A stretch of DNA of 64,000 bases, taken from positions 3,577 through 67,576 of the forward strand of contig CALRYC010000001.1 in NCBI GenBank assembly GCA_943372295.1, written 5' to 3'. Shown in pieces: positions 39,401 through 46,437 of this stretch (the stretch's first letter is position 1; the number at the start of each line of letters is the position of its first letter). Below the pieces are notes generated by a model. That model was not told the origin of the DNA. It saw only the letters and a program-made list of their open reading frames with translations, and searched no databases. This DNA comes from Chitinophaga pinensis. GTDB taxonomy: Bacteria; Bacteroidota; Ignavibacteria; Kapaibacteriales; Kapaibacteriaceae. A program made the translations under genes and the position numbers.

Positions 39401-39451
39401 GCGGCTCGCTTTGTGAAGGCGACGAAGTTGGATGATGTGCTAGAGCTCTGA
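36404..39451 (+). CDS. res: Type III restriction enzyme Res subunit (SF2 helicase + C-terminal PD-(D/E)xK nuclease)
   Basis: MKLHFEPNLDYQAQAID..., EMETGTGKTYVY (Walker A), IIIVDEPQS, HSALREGWDNPNVFQIC, C-terminal YNPDWAVLV...LYFLVETKSS. Confidence 0.9.
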   Translation: MKLHFEPNLDYQAQAIDAVCDLFNGQEICRTEFTVTRDANDIQGRMAFAENDLGIGNRLTLLDDEILANLNAIQLRHGLAPSTSLVSGDFTVEMETGTGKTYVYLRTIFELNKRYGFTKFIIVVPSVAIKEGVYHTIETAKEHLQGLYSGVPFDFFLYDSAKLGQVRNFATSPQIQIMVMTVGAINKFGDEQAAASEEANDVSRREKSKNVMYRASEKTGGEKPIDLIRATRPIIIVDEPQSVEGGLDGKGKKAMERMNPLCSLRYSATPKHSQHMVFKLDAVDAYERKLVKQIEVAAATVEGGFNKPYVRLVSVSNKRNVITAKVELDMQIATGVKRQVVDVQDGENLEMTTERAVYGDFRIGEIRVVKGDEFLELRFPGGEQYLRLKEAHGDVEPLTVQRQMIARTIKEHFEKEKRLVPQGIKVLSLFFIDAVEKYRQYDAEGNPVKGDYARIFEEEYRRLAKHPDYQTLFKEVDVTIAAEEVHNGYFSIDKKKVGNKTVEVFKDTSGSTKADDDTYNLIMRKKEELLSMSTPLKFIFSHSALREGWDNPNVFQICALREMATEQQRRQTIGRGLRLCVRAEGNDFVRVRGFETNTLTVIATESYEQFAERLQKEIEDETGIRFGIVETHQFAGIPVTGTDGKSTPLGLEKSKALWEYLRTTGLLDSKGKVQDTLRKALKDGTLTLPEPLAAQLPQVKEILRKLAGRLEIKNADERVVVKTRQAVLQSAEFKALWDRIKHKTTYRVQFDNEGLLAACIHSLKEAPPITRTRLQWRMADLSIGRAGVEAIETSTSAHVTLDEGDIELPDILTDLQDRTHLTRRSICRVLVESGRLDDFKRNPQQFIERTAEVINRAKRMALVDGIRYQRIGAEEYYVQELFETKEFSGYLKSMVAAEKSVHEHVIYQSDTERTFAEQLEKNEAIKVYAKLPSWFQVPTPLGPYNPDWAVLVSKDGKEQLYFLVETKSSLYADDLRDKESAKIKCGQAHFAELATHNSSAARFVKATKLDDVLEL

Positions 39452-40020
39452 GATCTGACACGGCTCGCCTCCACAGGGCTTACGAAGCCCAATGCAGTTG
39501 GCATTTGCAACAATCTTGTACATGCCAGCTCTCAGCTGAACCCTGGGCATGCGATTCTCAAACGATCTTCAATATCTACTAATTGCTGTATTGACACTTT
39601 CTTACCGGCCTCACAGATGCGCACCACTCAACGGAAGACTGGGTTGAACTATTTTTTCATCCCAGTGCACACAGTTGTTTGTAGTATCATGGGGGACGAC
39701 CTCTGCCATGCCCTGGCGGGTGCAAGTGATTAGTACGTGGAAGGTTTTGTAGTGGGAGGCCTTGCGCTCTGCCTGCTGGCAGCGCTGGGCGCGCTTTCAT
39801 AAGCACGGAAGGATTCACAAGGCAGTAACAACTTGGCTAAGTGCAGGTCTATAGCTTTATCATTTTGGAACTTATTCGCACTTTCGTAACGGTCAGCATG
39901 GGAACGAGTCGTTCCGACGCAGCTGGGTGCGACATCTACACAGTGAATACGATTGTGTCGAACTTGTGCTGTCGGGTGATTAAAACAATAAGTCATTAAT
40001 TTAAGCGGGGTTGCTTTTTC

Positions 40021-40794
40021 ATGATGACGTCAGATACTCTTGCAAAATATTTTCATGGCCGTTATATGGAACGGCTTGAGCGTGAGTTGGACCTTAATTG
40101 GAAGCGTCTGAATATTGGTTTGATTGCCCTGATCGCATCGATCGCCGGATACGGTGCCGTAATCAAGGAACAAGTTCATGTCTCGCAGGGCAACGGGGAT
40201 CAGTTTCTTTTGTTTGCTGCTAGGACTTGTTCATTCGAGGTCAGTGTGCTTTACACCTTGGCGGGGCTTGCCGTGATATTTCTCGTCGTCTACATGTTGA
40301 TTCTCGTCAATCAGGGCCGGCATTGGTATCGCGTAAATGAAGCGAAGGTATCATGGTTCGAGAACATCATGCTGTTCCCAGAGTCGGTAGGTAGCAAGAT
40401 TGACTCCCCCTCAGTTTCATCAATTTATCAGATTGGAATTGGAACCTCTGGCAAGGTAAGCGTTAATCGTGGAATCAAGATCCCACTTTATAGCACGGGA
40501 GCTGTGTTCAGCGTTCTCAGCGCGCTAAATCTGTTGAACGTGTTGCTGACTCTGGGGAGTTTTTCGGCTGACTATCCTCTAGCGCCAACGGCATTCCTTT
40601 TGTCCATCCTTATTTTCATCGGGATCATCACCATGGACTGGATGTCGCGCGGAACAATAGATCTGACCGATTTCAATAAACTGCGTCCCGTTGACAACTG
40701 TACTCAGCGCGATGTTTCGAGTTTGATTCGTCAGCTTGACTTTCAGATGAATGAGCATGGTGAATCCCGAGTTGATCAGCGTGATGGTGATTGA
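40021..40794 (+). CDS. Hypothetical multi-pass membrane protein
   Basis: About 4 hydrophobic helices (LNIGLIALIASIAGYGAVI, VLYTLAGLAVIFLVVYMLILV, AVFSVLSALNLLNVLLTLG, AFLLSILIFIGIITM). Low-GC region. No recognisable motif. Confidence 0.4.
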   Translation: MMTSDTLAKYFHGRYMERLERELDLNWKRLNIGLIALIASIAGYGAVIKEQVHVSQGNGDQFLLFAARTCSFEVSVLYTLAGLAVIFLVVYMLILVNQGRHWYRVNEAKVSWFENIMLFPESVGSKIDSPSVSSIYQIGIGTSGKVSVNRGIKIPLYSTGAVFSVLSALNLLNVLLTLGSFSADYPLAPTAFLLSILIFIGIITMDWMSRGTIDLTDFNKLRPVDNCTQRDVSSLIRQLDFQMNEHGESRVDQRDGD

Positions 40795-40979
40795 TTGGGA
40801 GCCTTAAGAAAGACCCATGAGTTCCTGTCAATCCTGCGCAACTAATTCCAACGTTGCTTGAGGAACATCGCGGTAACTACGAGATGATGCAGTGCGGCGC
40901 AGCCAGCAAGGTCCGTACTCGTTGCCTTTGTTCGTAAATGAAAGTTCACGAGCGTCCGAACATTTAACCCCTATACTGC

Positions 40980-41582
40980 ATGACCCTCACCCCACGCTTC
41001 GAACACGCGCTCGTATACACGGCGCAGGCCCATAACGGGCAACTCCGCAAGGGAACACAGATCCCGTATCTCTCACATCTGTTATCGGTGGCCAGCATAG
41101 CCCTCGAGTATGGAGCGAATGAGGATGAGGCCATTGGGGCTCTTCTTCATGACGCGGGCGAGGATTCTGGTGGCGATGAGCGTATCCTGGACATCCGAAA
41201 TGTGTTCGGTGATGCCGTCGCTGATATTGTCCAGGGTTGTACTGATGCAGTGGTCTTACCAAAGCCACCATGGCAGGAGCGCAAAGAGAAATACATTGCC
41301 GGCGTGCCGCACGAGCCAGTATCAATTCGCTTCATTTCAGCTGCAGACAAGCTACATAACGTGCGATCGATCATCCGTGACTACCGCGCTCTCGGTGATG
41401 GACTGTGGCCCCGCTTCAAAGGTGGTAAGGACGGGAGCCTCTGGTACTATCGCGCGCTGGTGGATGCGTATCGACAAGGAACGAACTACGATGATTCCGC
41501 ACAGGCAGCCTCCCATACGGAACTCATCGATGAGCTGGACCGGGCTGTGACAGAGTTAGAGGTGATGGTGGGGAAGGGATGA
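40980..41582 (+). CDS. Small alarmone hydrolase-like HD-domain protein (stand-alone SpoT/Mesh1-type hydrolase domain)
   Basis: FEHALVYTAQAHNGQLRKGTQIPYLSHLLSVASIALEYG...AIGALLHDAGEDSGG...FGDAVADIVQGCTD...SAADKLHNVRS parallels the HD region of the RelA/SpoT gene at the start of this window. Confidence 0.7.
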   Translation: MTLTPRFEHALVYTAQAHNGQLRKGTQIPYLSHLLSVASIALEYGANEDEAIGALLHDAGEDSGGDERILDIRNVFGDAVADIVQGCTDAVVLPKPPWQERKEKYIAGVPHEPVSIRFISAADKLHNVRSIIRDYRALGDGLWPRFKGGKDGSLWYYRALVDAYRQGTNYDDSAQAASHTELIDELDRAVTELEVMVGKG

Positions 41583-42349
41583 GTGCGACAAACCCAAAGG
41601 GCAAAGTTCAGACACTACTGGGTAGCCGCCGTCTCAACGTTATGAATGCTAGGGTGAAGCGAATTGCCGCAAAAGCGGCTGTTCAGGTCCTTCTTGGGTT
41701 TGCGATAGCGTCATTGCTCTTCACAGCCCCTTGGTGGCTGCTTTCCTTAGGATTGTTCGATGGCATGAAGCCAAATGAAGTTGGGGACTATCTCGGCGGA
41801 ATTGCCGGTTTTGTGTCATCAACGATCACCGTTGTTCTTCTTTACTTCGTCTGGAGCTCCGAAAGGAAGGATGATCGCAAAGCAACCTTCATGACAAGCT
41901 TGATGGTGTTGCTAGAGATCCACGTTGAAGAAAGAGAACGATTGCTGGCCAAGAAATCAGACGATAGCTATTTCAAGTGGTTCTGGACCAACCATATCCA
42001 TCACTTGCTGATATGTACCGATATCGTAGCTCGAAAAAAAGAGGCAGAGAAGATCTACAGTGAGCAGTACAATCACGTTGCGAGCTGGTTCCTTTCAGTT
42101 CTGCGAGTCATCCGGTTCATCGAAGATTCTGACCAGCCAGAGAGCGACAAGCATGAGGCTATGAAGCTTTTCAGGCTATTCTGTGAGCGTGAAGAGCAGC
42201 GTGCACTGTTTCTGTTGCTTTTTACGAAAGATTCCACTGCCGAGAGTCCGATACTTCTGTTGAAGCATAGCTTTTTCGAGCATGCTGGCTTCAAAGAAGA
42301 CCCAAAGCTCAGCGCCCTCTGGGAGCAGAGGTTGGAAGGGTGGAGTTAG
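41579..42349 (+). CDS. Membrane protein resembling the putative abortive-infection AbiC family (putAbiC)
   Basis: The start overlaps the HD-gene stop (ATGA). Two N-terminal TM helices flank NEVGDYLGGIAGFVSS (GDxxGG motif as recalled for putAbiC), followed by a helical cytoplasmic domain. Confidence 0.5.
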   Translation: MSATNPKGKVQTLLGSRRLNVMNARVKRIAAKAAVQVLLGFAIASLLFTAPWWLLSLGLFDGMKPNEVGDYLGGIAGFVSSTITVVLLYFVWSSERKDDRKATFMTSLMVLLEIHVEERERLLAKKSDDSYFKWFWTNHIHHLLICTDIVARKKEAEKIYSEQYNHVASWFLSVLRVIRFIEDSDQPESDKHEAMKLFRLFCEREEQRALFLLLFTKDSTAESPILLLKHSFFEHAGFKEDPKLSALWEQRLEGWS

Positions 42350-42450
42350 TAAGTACGACTTTGCCGAGCGTGCATAATGCCGCGGATACTCGACACGGAA
42401 TCCGACGCTAGTTGGCCACGAATTGCGAGTAATCTTACCGAAGGAGTGGT

Positions 42451-42511
42451 CAGTATGCTCCGGAATGGGGGCAGAATGCTCCGCCACGGGGGCAGTATCC
42501 GGGGGGGGGGG
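42451..42511. repeat. Three degenerate 21-bp tandem units ending in a G11 homopolymer (42501-42511)
   Basis: cagtatgctccggaatggggg / cagaatgctccgccacggggg / cagtatccggggggggggg. Confidence 0.85.
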
Positions 42512-42537
42512 CGTACGCGCCGGACTCTCCAACGTTG

Positions 42538-42909
42538 CTAGAAATGTAGGGGATCTACGTTTAGGCTCGAGTTCGACGCGGATATAGGACAATCGAACCG
42601 TTTGCTAATTTCTATGACTAGCTCCCTGAACCAGGTGGGGGCGAGTGGGGATACGACAACCATATGTATGATCCCAGCTAGGTCAACAGGCACACTTATT
42701 CCCGTGGGTCGTTCATCTGAGTAAATACGGAGGATTGCGCGCACCTCCTTTTCATGCTCGAACGCAGCTCGCTTCCGGAATGGCGCGTCCTGATGATGCA
42801 AAATCACATCTTCGTAATCGATGTATTGAACCCTGCCTATCTCAATCTCGTAACGATCGCCTTCTACGTGTGATCTTCTCCCGTTTTCGTTGTCAGGAAG
42901 AGTGTCGTG
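42538..42909 (-). pseudogene. C-terminal fragment of a DUF2971-like protein (no N-terminus, no ATG)
   Basis: The frame is open from the stop at 42910-42912 and reads ...GRVQYIDYEDVILHHQDAPFRKRAAFEHEKEVRAILRIY.... FxxExExR is the DUF2971 C-terminal pattern as I recall it. The track ORF starts at a GTG at 42807. Confidence 0.4.
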
Positions 42910-43250
42910 TCAAACAAACACAGCTGTCTTTAGAATCAACCAGGGAAATGTCGCTAGCTCCCGAGTTTAGCCGCCTACGTTTACAGTCTAAGCGAGGTCA
43001 TTGCTCGCACCAAAGAATCCGTTGACTTTCGCCACGCAGTCCGTCGGAAGCTGGCCCCGGACACGTGTGTAATCGCCCCTTATGGTAGGCCAGTATGCTG
43101 CGCAATCTCGCAGTCTCGATCACCTATCGATGATGCCAGGTACCGACGCAAACTCGTACTTTCAGGCGGGTTCGACCGAGTGACATATCAGTTTGCTTAA
43201 AGATTGATCTTGGTTGTCCTATTCAAGCTGAAGCGCAACAGGGGTATACC

Positions 43251-44576
43251 ATGAACGAAATAGTCTGTCCACACTGCCATAAGGCCTTCAAGATCGACGA
43301 AGCAGGATATGCGGAGATCGTCAAGCAGGTTCACGACCACGAGTTTGAGAGTCAGCTCCGCGAGCGTCTTGAGCTTGCCGAGAGGGACAAAGACAACGCC
43401 ATTAAGCTCGCGCAGGCGAACGCTGAGAGGCTTCTCTCCGAGAAAATGTCGAGCAAGGAGCAGGAGATTGAAAGGTTACGGGGCCGACTGGATGTGGCCG
43501 AGACAGAGCGACAGCTTGCCTTGACACAGGCGACGAGGGACCTTGAGGCCGAGCGGGATAGGCTGAAGAACGACCTCGAACGCATGAAGGACGATGTGAC
43601 CAGCAAGTTCGCCCTTGCCGAGTCGCGTTTCCAGAACGAACTCCAGCAGGCCGTTGGACAGCGGGAACAGAAGATCCAGGAGCTCACCAGCGCCATTGAT
43701 CATGTGAAGCATGAAAGGGAGTCCTCTGAGAGAAACCTCAGGGAGAACTACGAGCAGCAGATCAGAGACAGAAACGATGAGATCCAGCGAATCCGAGATA
43801 TGAAAGCGAAGCTCTCCACGAAGATGGTGGGAGAGACGCTTGAGCAGCATTGTGAGATCGAGTTCAATCGCATACGGGCAACGGCCTTCCCTCTGGCCTA
43901 CTTCGAGAAGGACAATGATTCTAGGTCAGGAAGTAAAGGAGATTACATCTTCCGCGACATGGATGAGGCCGGTACGGAGATTGTCTCTATCATGTTCGAG
44001 ATGAAGAACGAGTCCGACCTCACGGCTACAAAAAAGAGGAATGAGGACTTCCTGAAGGAACTTGATAAGGATCGTTCCGAGAAGAAGTGCGAGTATGCTG
44101 TGCTTGTATCCCTGCTCGAAGCGGATAACGAGCTCTACAACACCGGGATTGTGGACGTCTCATATCGGTATCCGAAGATGTACGTCGTGCGGCCACAGTT
44201 CTTCATACCGATCATCACGCTTCTGCGCAATGCCGCACTGAACTCCCTCAAGTACAAGTCTGAACTGGCACTCGTAAAGGCACAGAACATCGACATCACC
44301 AGGTTTGAGCAAGACCTTGATGATTTCAAGGACGCCTTCAGCAAGAACTACGATCTTGCTTCACGTCGGTTTAAGACGGCCATCGAGGAGATCGACAAGT
44401 CGATCGATCACTTGCAGAAGACAAAGGAGGCCTTGCTGGGAACCGACAGGAATCTCAGGCTCGCCAATGACAAGGTACAGGATGTTACCATCAAGAAGCT
44501 GACGAGGGGAAATCCGACCATGGCCGCCAAGTTTGCCGAGCTGAAGGGTCCCAAGAGTGGGGACGTGGACAAGTAA
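43251..44576 (+). CDS. DUF2130-like protein: N-terminal zinc ribbon, long coiled coil, C-terminal PD-(D/E)xK-like domain
   Basis: [27 protein letters not shown], about 170 aa of heptad-like E/R/L-rich sequence, then [10 protein letters not shown]...[11 protein letters not shown] (D...ExK). Confidence 0.65.
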   Translation: MNEIVCPHCHKAFKIDEAGYAEIVKQVHDHEFESQLRERLELAERDKDNAIKLAQANAERLLSEKMSSKEQEIERLRGRLDVAETERQLALTQATRDLEAERDRLKNDLERMKDDVTSKFALAESRFQNELQQAVGQREQKIQELTSAIDHVKHERESSERNLRENYEQQIRDRNDEIQRIRDMKAKLSTKMVGETLEQHCEIEFNRIRATAFPLAYFEKDNDSRSGSKGDYIFRDMDEAGTEIVSIMFEMKNESDLTATKKRNEDFLKELDKDRSEKKCEYAVLVSLLEADNELYNTGIVDVSYRYPKMYVVRPQFFIPIITLLRNAALNSLKYKSELALVKAQNIDITRFEQDLDDFKDAFSKNYDLASRRFKTAIEEIDKSIDHLQKTKEALLGTDRNLRLANDKVQDVTIKKLTRGNPTMAAKFAELKGPKSGDVDK

Positions 44577-44634
44577 ACGTCGCGAGAACCCCCAAGGGGC
44601 TTCTTGGTTTCCCCGTTCTGTAGTAAAATTGAGC

Positions 44635-45606
44635 ATGTCGCAGCAGATACATCGTGTTACGAGAATCCTAAGTCGTCTCTCAGCTGGAAATGTGTGTACG
44701 GCGGAGCAGCTATGGGAGTATGTGACGAAGTACAACCAGGATGCGAAGATTGTCACCAAGCGTCAGATCGAGAGGGATATCAAGGCGATCATCGAATCGG
44801 GTGTGCCCCTTAAAGTTAACCGCCGTGATCGGACCGTGTACTATTCTATCCCCAAGGGATCAGTTTTCAATGTTGGTGCAACGGTCAACAGCAGTCAGCC
44901 ATTTCTGCTGTACATGATCAAGGCGGCTCTGCCTATGCTGCGTGAGGAATCTCTTCAGGCAGCGGTTGAGGAGTTGATGGAAGAGATTGAGCAGCATGCG
45001 CCTGGTCAGGTTGTTCTTTCCGACACGATGCTGGAGTCGATCGGTCTTGGCCACTACTCAGGCGAGATAGATCACAGGGCGCTATCGGATGTCATGAACT
45101 ATATCGCTCAAAAGCGCTGGATTCGTGTCATCTACGGTGAGCAGTCCAAGAGTCAGCTGCTCTTTCCGTTCAAGATCATCCCGTATCTCGGCAGGCTGTA
45201 CCTGGCGGTATGGCATGGGAAGCACGACAGCTATGGCGTATACGCCGTCGACAAGATCAAAATGGTGTATCAGGCCCCCTCGCCTCAGCCACCCATCCCC
45301 AAGTTCGATCTGAAGAAGTTCATGTCCACGCGCTTTGGCTTGTGGGAGGATCCGCAGCGCCGCGAGAGTGACATTGAGATACACATGACCAATCCCAAGA
45401 TCGCTGATTTTTTCAGATCCAGCTACTGGCACGTATCGCAGAAGATCATCACGAATGATGACGGTACGCTAACGATAAAGATGAAAGCCGGGTTGAGCCC
45501 GGAACTTGTCTCTTGGGTGCTCCACTGGGCGCCGGACCTTCTTGTCGTCCGCCCACAGGAGCTCCGCGATGAGGTGCGCCGCCGTGCTGAACTTCTGCTG
45601 AGGTGA
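44635..45606 (+). CDS. WYL-domain transcriptional regulator (HTH-WYL-WCX architecture)
   Basis: N-terminal HRVTRILSRLSAGNVCTAEQLWEYV (wHTH). WYL-like IRVIYGEQ...FKIIPYLGRLYLAVWHGKHDSYGVYAVDKI. ATG at 44635 is preferred over 44557, which overlaps the previous gene. Confidence 0.7.
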   Translation: MSQQIHRVTRILSRLSAGNVCTAEQLWEYVTKYNQDAKIVTKRQIERDIKAIIESGVPLKVNRRDRTVYYSIPKGSVFNVGATVNSSQPFLLYMIKAALPMLREESLQAAVEELMEEIEQHAPGQVVLSDTMLESIGLGHYSGEIDHRALSDVMNYIAQKRWIRVIYGEQSKSQLLFPFKIIPYLGRLYLAVWHGKHDSYGVYAVDKIKMVYQAPSPQPPIPKFDLKKFMSTRFGLWEDPQRRESDIEIHMTNPKIADFFRSSYWHVSQKIITNDDGTLTIKMKAGLSPELVSWVLHWAPDLLVVRPQELRDEVRRRAELLLR

Positions 45607-45846
45607 TTTAGCTCAGTACTGCACCGGATACATTGGTTCGCCCCATTCCTGGTGGGGTACGTGCGAGAACGGTAAAAGGTGTGTGTGCTCTGAACAAGAG
45701 ATTATACATTCTGCGTTGATTCTGGAAGACTCGGACAAGGGTTTCACGTGGTCGCCCACGCATAGAATTGTGTGCAAGCGTTTTGCCGCCTGAGTGATGG
45801 CGCCGTACCTCTGCAATCGGTCATTCGATCATTGTGCGAAGCACCG

Positions 45847-46172
45847 GGAGGTCCTTCGTCGCCTTCGGCTCCTCAGGATGACGCTATGGCGCGGCGCGCG
45901 AAATAGAAATGACGAATGACGAATGACGGATGACCACGTAACTCCGTAGGCACGCGTAGCGCATAGGCGTCATCATGAGCCGTGCAGCGGCAAAGAAACG
46001 GCCCGGCGTACACAAAAGGCGATGCGGCATCACGAACGATCCGCACAATAGCCCCGGGCTTTAGCCCGGGGTAAACAATGGGCGATGCGGCATCACGAAC
46101 GATCCGCACAATAGCCCCGGGCTTTAGCCCGGGGTACACAAATGGCGATGCGGCATCACGAATGATCAATTA
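45847..46172. repeat. Composite repeat block, inverted relative to 25733-26095
   Basis: GAGGTCCTTCGTCGCCTTCGGCTCCTCAGGATGAC module, (GAATGAC)x4, a reversed module GTCATCATGAGCCGTGCAGCGGCAAAG, then about three 62-bp units GGCGATGCGGCATCACGAACGATCCGCACAATAG-CCCCGGGCTTTAGCCCGGGG. Confidence 0.9.
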
Positions 46173-46437
46173 GCGCATGGGCGAGCACGTCAGGCTTCCT
46201 AAGTACGTGCTCTTCGAGAGATCTGTGTAAATGTGAAGATCCTGACTCCACGCTGTACATGCTGAGTAGATGACTGTGATGACAACTGCTGCCAAAGTAA
46301 ACACTGAGTTCTTCATTGGTGTCTTCGATTGGTTGCACAAGTTATTGTCAGCTGAAAACAACCAACACGGGCATGGCCCGCCGAAGCGGAACCACACCCG
46401 TGAGGAGAGAGAGATGCAGGCGCAAGGAGGTCAACGC

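Noticed and set aside
39730-39996. 88-aa minus-strand ORF in the Res-to-membrane-protein spacer. Also ORFs 45613..45816(-) and 46170..46397(-).
   Set aside because: They have no recognisable motif and odd composition, and lie in AT-richer or repeat-derived intergenic DNA. This is insufficient support to call genes.
23000-46200. Prophage, ICE or transposon interpretation of the island.
   Set aside because: No integrase, transposase, capsid/terminase or conjugation genes and no tRNA-linked att-like direct repeats were found. Only a DUF932-like gene hints at a mobile-element origin.
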